Both the position numbers and the translations under genes were made by a program. This document shows, piece by piece, positions 1 through 9,025 of a stretch of 20,000 nt of DNA. Where the stretch lies: the IMG/VR virus record IMGVR_UViG_3300035698_024194. One strand, written 5' to 3'. This stretch comes from an uncultured virus (IMG/VR IMGVR_UViG_3300035698_024194). Taxonomy: Duplodnaviria; Heunggongvirae; Uroviricota; Caudoviricetes. The notes below the pieces were generated by a model. The model did no database searches. It was given only the letters and a program-made list of their open reading frames with translations, and was not told the origin of the DNA. The first letter of the stretch is position 1. Each line of letters starts with the position of its first letter.

Positions 1-1069
1 GACCAATAGGAAGTCTAGATAAAATAGTACTAGGTAATTGAGGAATTGAAGGAGAAGCTGGAATTGCAGGAATAGTCATTGTAGCAGGAAAAGCTTTATT
101 TGAATTAATATTAGTTGCTGCTGAATCTAAATTATAATTAATTGCAATTTTATTAATATCTTGTCCAGCCATTTCATTTGAAACTGTTCCTATATACCTA
201 TTATATTCTTGTCCTGTAAGAAGAAATTTAGTTTGTCCAATTGTTTGATGCTCATTCAATACTACATTTGTATGTTTCATCATTCCAACTGTAGTATGAT
301 GATTCATTGCACATTGTTGAACAATACTTCCTCCAGCATTTACAATTATATTTTCAGTTGCCATTAAATGTAAATTAGCTCCTGTTTGGATTCTTATATC
401 ATTTTGAAAATACGCCTGTAACATCTGTTGATCAATATCAATATGAAGATAATCACCTTTAACAGTACGTATTAAAAGTTTTTCTTTTCCTAGTCTCTCA
501 TCTAAAAGAATTGTAGTCATATTAGTATCAATTTGATATACTGAAGCATCATCCCCATCAGGAGGAATACTAATTCCTCTTTTCTTACCCGTCAGCTCAA
601 CTCTTTCATCATGAACATCATCTGATATTACTATTGTTCTTCCCATACGAGTTTTAATAGGTACCCATTTTTTCCAATATTCTCCACCTTGACGACATTC
701 AGCAGGGACCGAAGGTTCTTCATCTGCACCAGGTTTAGTGACAATATCACATGCTCCAAAATATCGAGGTTCCGCAGGATCCCCATTTTCAAAGAATATA
801 TAAAGCCAACTTCCTTTTGGGGGAATCATACAAGATCCTTGATAATCATGATCATCCCCGTATGTTGCATCCAAATTCCTACCACCTAATGGATTATTAG
901 CTGGCCTAGCCCAAATTCCTTGTCCTGAATCTGGTTCAATTCCAGGCATCACATCAGGAATCCAAACCTTAATACGAGCTTGAATACGCTCATCATCATC
1001 TTTTACACATAGTGCCCTGTACATTCCATCCCAATTGAATTTTTTATCTTCCTCCAGTGTATCCCGCAT
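1..1069 (-). CDS. Baseplate spike protein, gp5/VgrG/gpV-like OB-fold plus beta-helix (3' end runs off window)
   Basis: Not in the ORF track because it is truncated. Manual translation from ATG 1069 (GGAGG 8 nt upstream): MRDTLEEDKKFNWDGMYRALCVKDDDERIQARIKVWIPDVM...IWARP...GSCMIPPKGSWLYIFFENGDPAEPRYFG, the typical Gp5/VgrG OB-fold pattern, followed by beta-strand-rich sequence. Frame stays open to position 2. Confidence 0.85.
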   Translation of the reverse strand, partial: MRDTLEEDKKFNWDGMYRALCVKDDDERIQARIKVWIPDVMPGIEPDSGQGIWARPANNPLGGRNLDATYGDDHDYQGSCMIPPKGSWLYIFFENGDPAEPRYFGACDIVTKPGADEEPSVPAECRQGGEYWKKWVPIKTRMGRTIVISDDVHDERVELTGKKRGISIPPDGDDASVYQIDTNMTTILLDERLGKEKLLIRTVKGDYLHIDIDQQMLQAYFQNDIRIQTGANLHLMATENIIVNAGGSIVQQCAMNHHTTVGMMKHTNVVLNEHQTIGQTKFLLTGQEYNRYIGTVSNEMAGQDINKIAINYNLDSAATNINSNKAFPATMTIPAIPASPSIPQLPSTILSRLPIG

Positions 1070-1091
1070 TCCATTAACCTCCAAAATATGT

Positions 1092-1131
1092 AAAGGAAAA
1101 GGAAGGGTAGAAATTAATCCACCCTTCCTTT
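1092..1131 (-). terminator. Probable intrinsic terminator hairpin
   Basis: Minus strand AAAGGAAGGGTGGA-TTAATT-TCTACCCTTCCTTT (14-bp stem with one G-U pair) followed by TCCTTT, downstream of the 1151..2140 stop. Confidence 0.7.
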
Positions 1132-1150
1132 ATTACTTACTTATGGGATG

Positions 1151-2140
1151 TTACTTTGATAATTTTTTATATCCTATCACTGCTGCTGTTCCCACTGCTG
1201 CTGTTCCTCCACCATGTTTAGCTATTTTAGCCATTTTTTGTTTCAACCATATCATTCTTTGTTTTGCGGAATCTTTTGATGATTGATTGGCTTTAGGATT
1301 ATTTAAAATTTTTCTGAGTTCACGATATTCTTTTGCCATTTGTTGTGGAGTTAATACTATTTGTTTTATTTTTGCTCCTGCTGCCTTAGCGCCTTTAATT
1401 GTAGCTGCTCCTATTTCTTGACCATGTCCTTTTACTCCCTGAGCTATACCAGCCATTTTGGCTCCAAGCTGTTCTTGTACTTCAGCTTCAAGAATCATTT
1501 CATCCATCTTAACAATCAATGAAACGGCTTCTTTTCTTAATGCTTTATATCCAGCTGCACCAGCTCCAACTGCTGCAACTCCAGCTCCAACTGCCAATGC
1601 TTTTTTAGGCAACGTCCTAATGCTAGCATTATTGACTTTTTTAGCTTTATCTTTAATTGCATCTTTAGCTTTTCCTGCTGCAATTTTTGCACCAATAGCT
1701 GTTCCTGCTGTTTTATTTCTCACCACATTTTTAGCTTTTACAATATTCTTACCAGCTTTCTTAAGTTTTTTCACAGTTGCAGCTTTTGCTGTTCCTGCAG
1801 CTGCTTTTGCACCCATTGCTGCGCCTGCTACTTTATCGCTTATTTTACCTTCTGCTATTAATTTATCTGTATCAACAATAAGTTTATCGGCTTCTTTAAT
1901 TAACTGTCTTACATTTGCCATTGATTTTCCTCCATCCATTTTAGCTTCATCGGAAGAAGCCATATTTTTAATTTTCATTTCTTTTATATAATTAACAAGT
2001 TTATTTAATCTACCCACTTGTTCTTGTGTCCCATGAGATTCAGCCAATCTAATTTTTTCTAAAAGACTTACCAATGCATCATCAGGATTTATTTCACCTT
2101 CAAATATATTTTCCAACCAAGATAATTGATTACCCATCAC
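1151..2140 (-). CDS. Lys/Ala/Gly-rich repeat protein with two hydrophobic helices; putative virion-internal protein
   Basis: 329 aa ORF, SD AAGGAG upstream. Repeats KVAGAAMGAKAAAGTAK / KTAGTAIGAKIAAGKAK; hydrophobic segments ALAVGAGVAAVGAGAAGYK and GTAAVGTAAVIGYKK. Function inferred only. Confidence 0.6.
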   Translation of the reverse strand: MMGNQLSWLENIFEGEINPDDALVSLLEKIRLAESHGTQEQVGRLNKLVNYIKEMKIKNMASSDEAKMDGGKSMANVRQLIKEADKLIVDTDKLIAEGKISDKVAGAAMGAKAAAGTAKAATVKKLKKAGKNIVKAKNVVRNKTAGTAIGAKIAAGKAKDAIKDKAKKVNNASIRTLPKKALAVGAGVAAVGAGAAGYKALRKEAVSLIVKMDEMILEAEVQEQLGAKMAGIAQGVKGHGQEIGAATIKGAKAAGAKIKQIVLTPQQMAKEYRELRKILNNPKANQSSKDSAKQRMIWLKQKMAKIAKHGGGTAAVGTAAVIGYKKLSK

Positions 2141-2165
2141 GGGATCTCCTTCTTACTAGATTATT

Positions 2166-2178
2166 TTTATATTTGTTC
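2166..2178 (-). promoter_or_regulatory. Candidate promoter motif GAACAAATATAAA
   Basis: Intergenic, begins 38 nt upstream of start 2140; similar motif recurs at four other gaps. Confidence 0.45.
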
Positions 2179-2198
2179 CATCTAAAACCTAAAACATA

Positions 2199-3083
2199 CT
2201 ACATGTATGGATGGATCATCATTACTATTTTTCTATGTAATGATGCATTAAAAGCTTCTAAATATGGAGGAAACAATCCTCCCGATGGGAGAGTAGAAGC
2301 CCCTAATGTTGCCATAAATCTCATTTCATCTTCAAACATTGGAATAGAAGATAATCCTAGATTTCGATTCTTTAAAACATACCCTATAAAAAAAGATAAA
2401 TCTATTCCAGGAAATACACCTGATTCAGAAAGTATCTTAATAAAATCTCGAGCATTACTTAAATCATAATCATCAAAATCAATATTAAAGTCTTTTTGTG
2501 TTACACGACTTCTTACTGCTTTCTTATAAGATACCTTTTGAGGTATTCCATAAAAAGATGTAAGTATATATGTTATACATATAAATCTCAATTTAGGAAT
2601 CATCTCTTGATAAGAAGCCATTATACCATATTTCTTGCCAAATAATTTCATAAGAAGATCTGTAAAATAATCAGATACTTCAATTTGAGTATTTATTTTA
2701 AGGGGTTTCAATGTATAAAGTTTACACAAATACCCATAGAATATAACTGAATATAATGTTCTAGGATCAATATTAGTAATTTCTTTTTTACCAAGTACCT
2801 GTAAATTAATGAGAACACGTTTTGTTTTTATATTAAATGCAGCAGGTAAAGGATATTTAATAAGGCGTACAAAATCAACATCATCAAAGTTATCTTCAAT
2901 TTTTCTTACCATTAAAGATGTAGAAAAATGATTTATCCTATGAAGTAATAACTTAATTGTTCTTATAATATTCTCGTGATCATATTCATCGACTTTAAAA
3001 GCATCAATTGTTGATTGCGACTGAGTAAATACATTAGGAATATTATTTAATAAATTTAATTTTAGTTTTGGAATATCCTTCAT
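2199..3083 (-). CDS. Hypothetical protein (294 aa)
   Basis: Long ORF coupled to the upstream gene by TAATG overlap; no motif recognised. Confidence 0.75.
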   Translation of the reverse strand: MKDIPKLKLNLLNNIPNVFTQSQSTIDAFKVDEYDHENIIRTIKLLLHRINHFSTSLMVRKIEDNFDDVDFVRLIKYPLPAAFNIKTKRVLINLQVLGKKEITNIDPRTLYSVIFYGYLCKLYTLKPLKINTQIEVSDYFTDLLMKLFGKKYGIMASYQEMIPKLRFICITYILTSFYGIPQKVSYKKAVRSRVTQKDFNIDFDDYDLSNARDFIKILSESGVFPGIDLSFFIGYVLKNRNLGLSSIPMFEDEMRFMATLGASTLPSGGLFPPYLEAFNASLHRKIVMMIHPYM

Positions 3084-3856
3084 TATTCAGTTGAATCCTT
3101 AGCATATTGTACTTCTAATACCATATCAGTTTTAATAAACCCAAGAAGCCCAGGACCTTCATCACAATCATCATCTTTCCATGATATCCTACGAAGTACT
3201 CCATCATATGAGGCAATCACATTATAATCAATATCATGAATAAAATTACCACCATGTTCAATTTTAAATGAAACAGTTTCTTCGATTACTTTATGTGCTA
3301 GATCTACTATCCCAGCAGCTTCCATCCCCGCATCAACTTCAAATTTTTGTCTAACCCAATATTTAGCTTCTATATCTGTAGCCACGGTTCCCTCCTCGTC
3401 AACTGATGTTGGCGGTTTAATTTTAGATTCATATAAAGCAAGTAACTTTTCAGATACTAATTCATCATTATTTAATAAAGTAAATTCATTATTAACACTA
3501 CATTTCGCTAATTCTAAAATAGATGAATATGAAGGGACCAATACTTCATATGTATTAAATTGCTCAATACAAGACATATCGTTTACAAATAATATTATAT
3601 ACCATAAAGTTTCAGTTCCATATTCTTTTTCAGATAAATAATCAGGTCTAAATTGAAACTTAGAATCCAATATAATTTTTTTACTTTCTTTCATTAAGAA
3701 AAAACGATTTTTCTCTAATGTATATAAAGAAGGAGATGAGAATACTACTTCTAATCCAGTAGAATCATCTATTTCTTTATATTTCTTACGGAATTTATCT
3801 TCATCTGTAGCGAGTAATCTGTTAACATTGGATTCTTGATCAATTCTTGCTGCCAC
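3083..3856 (-). CDS. Baseplate wedge protein, T4 gp53-like LysM domain plus C-terminal beta domain
   Basis: FRPDYLSEKEYGTETLWYIILFVND matches the gp53/LysM-like RPD-x-[IL]S-xx-YG-xxx-LW-x-IL-xx-N pattern; GTG start. Confidence 0.7.
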   Translation of the reverse strand: MAARIDQESNVNRLLATDEDKFRKKYKEIDDSTGLEVVFSSPSLYTLEKNRFFLMKESKKIILDSKFQFRPDYLSEKEYGTETLWYIILFVNDMSCIEQFNTYEVLVPSYSSILELAKCSVNNEFTLLNNDELVSEKLLALYESKIKPPTSVDEEGTVATDIEAKYWVRQKFEVDAGMEAAGIVDLAHKVIEETVSFKIEHGGNFIHDIDYNVIASYDGVLRRISWKDDDCDEGPGLLGFIKTDMVLEVQYAKDSTE

Positions 3857-3859
3857 GGT

Positions 3860-4075
3860 TTATTTACTCTTAGTATATGGTGCTTCATATCCGGTCATTT
3901 TAGTGCCACATTTTGGACATTTTTTAGTTATACAAGGAACGTTTCTTACATGTTTTACTTTAGTTCCACAACTAGGACATACACACTGATCGGTTCCACC
4001 TTGACCCATACGAGTCCCACCTTGTCCCTGTTGTTCATTCAAATAATTTTCAAGTATTTTCATTTTATTTCCCAT
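3860..4075 (-). CDS. Small Cys-rich zinc-ribbon-like protein
   Basis: GQGGTDQCVCPSCGTKVKHVRNVPCITKKCPKCGTKM with two CPxCG motifs; N-terminus KILENYLNE; alternative start at 4063. Confidence 0.75.
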   Translation of the reverse strand: MGNKMKILENYLNEQQGQGGTRMGQGGTDQCVCPSCGTKVKHVRNVPCITKKCPKCGTKMTGYEAPYTKSK

Positions 4076-4083
4076 TAAAAATG

Positions 4084-4701
4084 TTATCCGTTAGATATTG
4101 CATCATAATTATTTCTTGACCAATCTTGTTTTAGTTGGTCAAGTTGTACCATTGACATATCACTTATCATTTGAACATCAACATCTTCCATAGGATAATT
4201 ATTAAGAACATGTTTCCATTCACCATGAACAAAATCGATAGGTATCTTTAAAAACCCATTATGAAACTTCTCATGGATACTTGACACAAGTGGAATATAA
4301 CCTACTTGGTTTTTATAGTGGAGTTCAAGGCACTCTAAAGCAATATCAACCGAACAAAACTGTTTTTCTTTATTAATATAAGAAGTAATAATAGCCTTAC
4401 ATATAGTGTATAAATTGATAGGGTGATGATGTATTTCAATTGTTACTTCAGCTGATTTTTCTTCTGTTATAGCACAAGTTGAATATCCGAGTGTATCTTT
4501 TACAAATGTAGACCATTCACGATACTCGGCACTTGATCTAACCATTCGTTCAATATTTTTAATAAATTTTTGATATTCTTTATCTTCATCAAATCCTGCT
4601 CGCCTAAGAGGGAGAGTCATCATTGTATTGTCTTCTTCCCCCTCGATCATAAGTGCAAGATTTTGATGATTACTAGCTAAAGAAGGTTCTTTGTCTTTCA
4701 T
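4084..4701 (-). CDS. HNH-like hypothetical protein
   Basis: CAIT...IEIHHHP...VGYIPLVSSIHEKFHNG resembles an expanded beta-beta-alpha-metal motif. Start placed at ATG 4701 (ATGA overlap with upstream stop) rather than the TTG at 4716. Confidence 0.55.
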   Translation of the reverse strand: MKDKEPSLASNHQNLALMIEGEEDNTMMTLPLRRAGFDEDKEYQKFIKNIERMVRSSAEYREWSTFVKDTLGYSTCAITEEKSAEVTIEIHHHPINLYTICKAIITSYINKEKQFCSVDIALECLELHYKNQVGYIPLVSSIHEKFHNGFLKIPIDFVHGEWKHVLNNYPMEDVDVQMISDMSMVQLDQLKQDWSRNNYDAISNG

Positions 4702-4985
4702 ATTTTTGCTTTCCAAGAAGCTAAAGTTGTTCTAGCTGATTTAAGGTTAAGTGCAGATATTTTGACCTCAAGTTTTGCTCCATTCAAAGTGAGTTTGTCT
4801 GGAAAATATTTTTTCGCATCTTTATATTTTTTCATTGCCTGAAGCAATTCATTTTTCCAATAATTTATTTGTTTTCTAGAATCTATTAACCCTTTTTTAA
4901 CTGTAACACTTACTGCTTCTTTTAATTGTATATTTTCTAATTTTAATTGAATGTTTTCTACCATTAAATTTTCTTGTGATTTCAT
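4698..4985 (-). CDS. Hypothetical basic protein (95 aa)
   Basis: ATGA overlaps at both ends; tandem ENIQLK repeat near the N-terminus. Confidence 0.7.
   Translation of the reverse strand: MKSQENLMVENIQLKLENIQLKEAVSVTVKKGLIDSRKQINYWKNELLQAMKKYKDAKKYFPDKLTLNGAKLEVKISALNLKSARTTLASWKAKI
4920..4961 (-). repeat. Imperfect 21-nt tandem duplication encoding VENIQLK-LENIQLK
   Basis: gtagaaaacattcaattaaaa followed by ttagaaaatatacaattaaaa on the minus strand. Confidence 0.65.
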
Positions 4986-6361
4986 TTATTTATCCCTACT
5001 AGAGTTTCATTATATTCTTTGAATTTTTCATTTATATATTGCTCGGATTCACGAGCTAATCTTTTCATTTTAAACCCACCCTTCATCTTTCTGAAGAAGG
5101 CCCCTCTTCCTTTACTATTAAGTTCTTCATAATCTTTATATATTTGATCAGCATCAATTTGCCTATAAATAAAGCTATAAGGAACAGTAGTACATTTTCC
5201 CCTATCATAAGCTGAACACATTGTTACTTGTTTTTCTCTGTCATCCATTATTATAAATGTATTCCATCCCATTAAAAATAATCTATGTACCTTTTTAGGA
5301 TCTGCAAACATATCTTCTTTTTCATCTTTATTCATTACTGCAATTGCCGCAGCATATTGTTTAGTAGGTAATCCTGTAGGCATCTTCTTAAAAGATCCTG
5401 CATTTATCAAAGCTTTCTTTGAAAGTAATATTGAAAAATACCAATCAGACTTTGTATTTCCTATTTCATCTGGAGATAATGTTCCAAATATATATTCATA
5501 ATATTTCTTTAAAGTTTTTGTAACATATGTGCTATATAATGCTCGTAATATACCACGAGACATTGCTTTAAATAAATATCTCAATGTATTAGAATAATAA
5601 TCATCACGAAGAACTTGATACATTGAACCAAAATTCTTTGCTATAACTGGAAGTATTTTAACTCCAATTGTCATCGGGCGTGCTTGATAATAAGTTTCAT
5701 TCAATCGATAATCATGAATTTCAATACTTGGAGCCATTTGAATCATTGTAGGAACAAACCCCATATCCATTATTGGTTTAAGTCCTGCTTTCCCCACTGT
5801 AGCAGGAACATTGGCTACAGCTTTTTCAATACGAGAATCTAATTCTCGTTGGTAATTAACTATTTCTTCTTTTCCTGATTTATAACTATCAATATTATAT
5901 TTTGCCTGTAATTTACCTATATCTGTATATAACATTGCTTGTTGGTCTCTTTGATCTTTCTTCCACCTTTGTAAATCCTTTACTTCCGATGTAGTAGGAG
6001 TAGTGTTCTTATTAGAAACTAACATTATATTCTGCTCGAGTTTATCTAACCTATCCAACTGGAGTCTTATATTATTATCACTTTTAATTCGAGAGTCGAC
6101 TGCTTTTGAATTTCTTATTATGTCTGTTAACCCGTTATTTGCTTCAGTTAATAATTCTTTACTTCCATCAAATAATGTATTTTCTATACGTATATTGCTC
6201 GCTTTGCCTGAACTACTTAAATCAATTTTAAACTTTAAATCTCCACTTAATATAGCATCACTAATATGATGTAAATAATAAGCCTCTAAAGTTTTTAAAA
6301 TACCAGGCAATAGTCTCTTATCAACATTTTCAGACACCAATGCTGGAAAAGTAAAAATCAT
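4982..6361 (-). CDS. Hypothetical protein (459 aa), possibly virion structural
   Basis: Long ORF, SD AAGGAG; internal ELLTE-A site followed by a coiled-coil-like region. Structural role is inference. Confidence 0.7.
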   Translation of the reverse strand: MIFTFPALVSENVDKRLLPGILKTLEAYYLHHISDAILSGDLKFKIDLSSSGKASNIRIENTLFDGSKELLTEANNGLTDIIRNSKAVDSRIKSDNNIRLQLDRLDKLEQNIMLVSNKNTTPTTSEVKDLQRWKKDQRDQQAMLYTDIGKLQAKYNIDSYKSGKEEIVNYQRELDSRIEKAVANVPATVGKAGLKPIMDMGFVPTMIQMAPSIEIHDYRLNETYYQARPMTIGVKILPVIAKNFGSMYQVLRDDYYSNTLRYLFKAMSRGILRALYSTYVTKTLKKYYEYIFGTLSPDEIGNTKSDWYFSILLSKKALINAGSFKKMPTGLPTKQYAAAIAVMNKDEKEDMFADPKKVHRLFLMGWNTFIIMDDREKQVTMCSAYDRGKCTTVPYSFIYRQIDADQIYKDYEELNSKGRGAFFRKMKGGFKMKRLARESEQYINEKFKEYNETLVGINK

Positions 6362-6378
6362 TATTTTCTCCTTACATC

Positions 6379-6663
6379 TTAGAGCCAGCTAACCCCATCA
6401 CCAAAATCAACATGTTTTGTAGGATATCTGCTTTTGTTCTTTTTCTTGGCAGGAGATATAGGAATTTTATGACTTTTATTTATATCTTCTTTAACAGACG
6501 CGATAACTTCGGATTTGGTTATTATAGGCTCTTCTAGTAATTCTTTTGGATTTGAAAGTATTTTAGCTGATTTCTTGGCTAATTGAACTTTAACTTTAGG
6601 AACACTTTTTCTTGAAACCTTATTAGATTCATTTACAATTTTCTCAATTATACTTTGGTACAT
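6379..6663 (-). CDS. Hypothetical basic protein (94 aa)
   Basis: Fills the gap between two genes; N-terminus MYQSIIEKIVNE; overlaps the upstream gene by 16 nt. Confidence 0.6.
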   Translation of the reverse strand: MYQSIIEKIVNESNKVSRKSVPKVKVQLAKKSAKILSNPKELLEEPIITKSEVIASVKEDINKSHKIPISPAKKKNKSRYPTKHVDFGDGVSWL

Positions 6664-7184
6664 GTCTTAGCCAAACGAATAATGGCAGTTCTCATTTGCT
6701 TATATGAATCTTCTAACATCTGTCCTGTAAAATCATCACATGCAGTTTTCATTGTAGCTTCAATAACAGGAATCCCTATAAGTGCATTATCAAGAGCTAA
6801 TTGAGTAAATTTTTCCTTGATAACTTTATCTGCAAATTTATCCATGTTAGAAGTATTTCTTCCTTCACGAACAATTTTCTTTTTCAATGCTTCACGTACT
6901 CTAGCTTCGGCCATAATATTAGTAGCCATTTTTCTAGCAAAGATTGCATTTTTCTGAGCTGCTTCAGTTAATGTTTTAACTGATGTTGGTTGTATTTCAT
7001 ATTTTGGTACATATTTAATATGATTATAGTACTCAAATAATGAACTTAAAAAAGCACCTTTCAAAGAAATATATTGTTCAAACTTCTTTGCTTCTTTAAT
7101 AACCTTTTTTGCATGGTCATTAAATAAAATACTATCAATTACATACCAGTCTTCTAAAATTTTTACCTTAATAGGACTTAACAT
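6648..7184 (-). CDS. Hypothetical protein (178 aa)
   Basis: Strong SD AGGAGG; no motif recognised. Confidence 0.75.
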   Translation of the reverse strand: MLSPIKVKILEDWYVIDSILFNDHAKKVIKEAKKFEQYISLKGAFLSSLFEYYNHIKYVPKYEIQPTSVKTLTEAAQKNAIFARKMATNIMAEARVREALKKKIVREGRNTSNMDKFADKVIKEKFTQLALDNALIGIPVIEATMKTACDDFTGQMLEDSYKQMRTAIIRLAKTCTKV

Positions 7185-7225
7185 ATCACAAGCCTCCTGA
7201 TTATTTTTATCATAAAGTTAATTCT

Positions 7226-7238
7226 TTTATTTTTGTTC
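7226..7238 (-). promoter_or_regulatory. Candidate promoter motif GAACAAAAATAAA
   Basis: Overlaps the end of the recombinase gene, begins 54 nt upstream of start 7184. Confidence 0.4.
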
Positions 7239-8615
7239 TATTATACTTTCTAACCTCTCCTCAATTTCAGAAACTACCTTCTCAGTAGAGAATTTATCAA
7301 TATATTCAGTTTTAATAACATCTTTTACTGAATCATCAAATGCCTTTTTAAATTCTTCATTTTCAGCATATTTAGCAGGCAATTCTTTTTTCCTACATTT
7401 AACATTTGGCAATATTGCTAATTTAGCCCACCCACCTGCTGCGTCTGCTCTCTTAAATGTATTAAGAAGATGCCAATTAGTCCAGAAATTACTTACACCT
7501 TTATTGAAATCTACTATCAACTGAATAGGTATTTTTGGTGGAAATAATTTATTCTTGACAAACATTGCTTCAAGCATTACTCCATTAAATCCCCATTCCT
7601 CTACCTTTAAATCGCCCTTAACCTTAAGTAAAAGCATATGGAAAGCATTATATTTAAGTGCATTACCACCAGGCATCGTCTTATCACCAATCCATCTCAG
7701 GTCGTTGGCAGTTTTAAACATACCCATATCAATCTTTTCTCGTAACTGATTTACTACTATAAGACCAATATTATATTCTTCAAGTTTAGCAACATACTTT
7801 GGAAGAAGTGTTGATATTACACGAGCACGTAATCCGATGAATTTATTAATATCCATCTCTGTACTCTCTTTTTCTTTTTCAGTTATTGTATTAGCAATTG
7901 AATCCCATGCAATTATACTAGGATTCTCTTGAAGATTTTTAAGTTCTTTAAAAGCACTTACTGCTTCAATTGTCTTAAATACACTTTCAACTGATTTAGC
8001 TGGATGTGGAGTAACAGGTGGATTTTGAACACCTAAACTGATAAGTCTTTGTTTTGTTGTTGCTTCTTCAGAATCCATATAAACATTTAATACTCTACCA
8101 CGATATTTCTTTTGATTGGTAGCAATTGTTTGTCCTAATAATGCACTTTTAAATGTTCCAGGATTACCTATAATAAGAGTAACTGCTCCAGCTGCAAATC
8201 CGCCACCTGCTATTATATCAAGTAAATCCACACCAGTAGGAAGAAGATACTTCGTACCACTACCTTGTGATATTTCAGCTTTTTCTTTTATAAACCCAAG
8301 AAGTTCTTTTTGAAGTTCTGCAGATGATATCAATTCTGCATTAGACAATTCATCTTTATCATATTCCAATTCATCTTCAACTGTTTTCTTCTTTTCCTTT
8401 TCTTTTTCCTTTTCTTTTATATTTTTTGTTTCATCATGTTTCTTTTTATTATCTCTTATTTGTTTCTTTTCCTCTGCAGTCAAATTTTTAGCAATTGCAT
8501 CTGCGATTCCTGCTGGAGTCTTTTCTACTTCTTTCTCCAAAGCAGCATCATTAATTTCAGTGCTATCTCCCTCAATGCCAGTATCATCATCTAAATTCAA
8601 TTCATCTTTACCCAT
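7227..8615 (-). CDS. recA: RecA/UvsX-family recombinase with charged N-terminal extension
   Basis: LPTGVDLLDIIAGGG, Walker A GNPGTFKS, YMDSE, Walker B IIAWDSIA, VVNQLREKI, PGGNALKYNA, VKNKLFPP; SD AAGGAGG. Confidence 0.93.
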   Translation of the reverse strand: MGKDELNLDDDTGIEGDSTEINDAALEKEVEKTPAGIADAIAKNLTAEEKKQIRDNKKKHDETKNIKEKEKEKEKKKTVEDELEYDKDELSNAELISSAELQKELLGFIKEKAEISQGSGTKYLLPTGVDLLDIIAGGGFAAGAVTLIIGNPGTFKSALLGQTIATNQKKYRGRVLNVYMDSEEATTKQRLISLGVQNPPVTPHPAKSVESVFKTIEAVSAFKELKNLQENPSIIAWDSIANTITEKEKESTEMDINKFIGLRARVISTLLPKYVAKLEEYNIGLIVVNQLREKIDMGMFKTANDLRWIGDKTMPGGNALKYNAFHMLLLKVKGDLKVEEWGFNGVMLEAMFVKNKLFPPKIPIQLIVDFNKGVSNFWTNWHLLNTFKRADAAGGWAKLAILPNVKCRKKELPAKYAENEEFKKAFDDSVKDVIKTEYIDKFSTEKVVSEIEERLESIIEQK

Positions 8616-8640
8616 TATACAACCTCCTTTAAAAACGTTA

Positions 8641-9024
8641 TTATACTTTTATATTTTGTTCAGGTTCCGGCGTTTCTTTATCAGCACTTTTACTAGTTAG
8701 TTCAGTTAGTTCAACTGCTAACTTCCTTACATCAGCGGGTTTCATTACTCCCTCTTCAGTTTTATCTTGACGTCTTAATGTAATTTCATCTTTTATTACT
8801 TTATTCAATTCCTGTTTTAGTCTAAGTTTACTATTTAAAAATTCTGTTATAGCTTTTACTTTTTCTTGAACAGCCCACTTATTTCTATAATTGGCTTCCG
8901 TAGGAAATATTGCATCTATTTTAGTTTCATATGATACAAGTTTTGTAATATCTAATTTTATTGACTCTCTAGATTCGCCTAACTGTTTCAATAAATCATC
9001 AACAATTACATCATGTTTTGCCAT
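8641..9024 (-). CDS. Hypothetical helical/coiled-coil protein (127 aa)
   Basis: ORF starts 1 nt after the upstream stop; heptad-like pattern. Confidence 0.7.
   Translation of the reverse strand: MAKHDVIVDDLLKQLGESRESIKLDITKLVSYETKIDAIFPTEANYRNKWAVQEKVKAITEFLNSKLRLKQELNKVIKDEITLRRQDKTEEGVMKPADVRKLAVELTELTSKSADKETPEPEQNIKV
8648..8661 (-). promoter_or_regulatory. Candidate promoter motif GAACAAAATATAAA
   Basis: In the last codons of the 8641..9024 gene, begins 46 nt upstream of the recombinase start. Confidence 0.4.
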
Positions 9025-9025
9025 T

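Noticed and set aside
1520..1830. CRISPR array or DNA-level repeat in the gctgc/ccagct-rich tract
   Set aside because: Repeats are degenerate, codon-phased Ala/Gly/Lys coding sequence, with no identical repeats or unique spacers.
1..3856. T6SS or extracellular contractile injection system reading of the VgrG/gp5-like and LysM genes
   Set aside because: Context includes a neck protein, recombinase, RuvC, RNR and a homing endonuclease, and no Tss or Afp operon structure; a phage explains it better.
5164..5171. T4 late promoter TATAAATA
   Set aside because: This match is on the non-coding plus strand inside a gene; I did not see the motif upstream of minus-strand starts.
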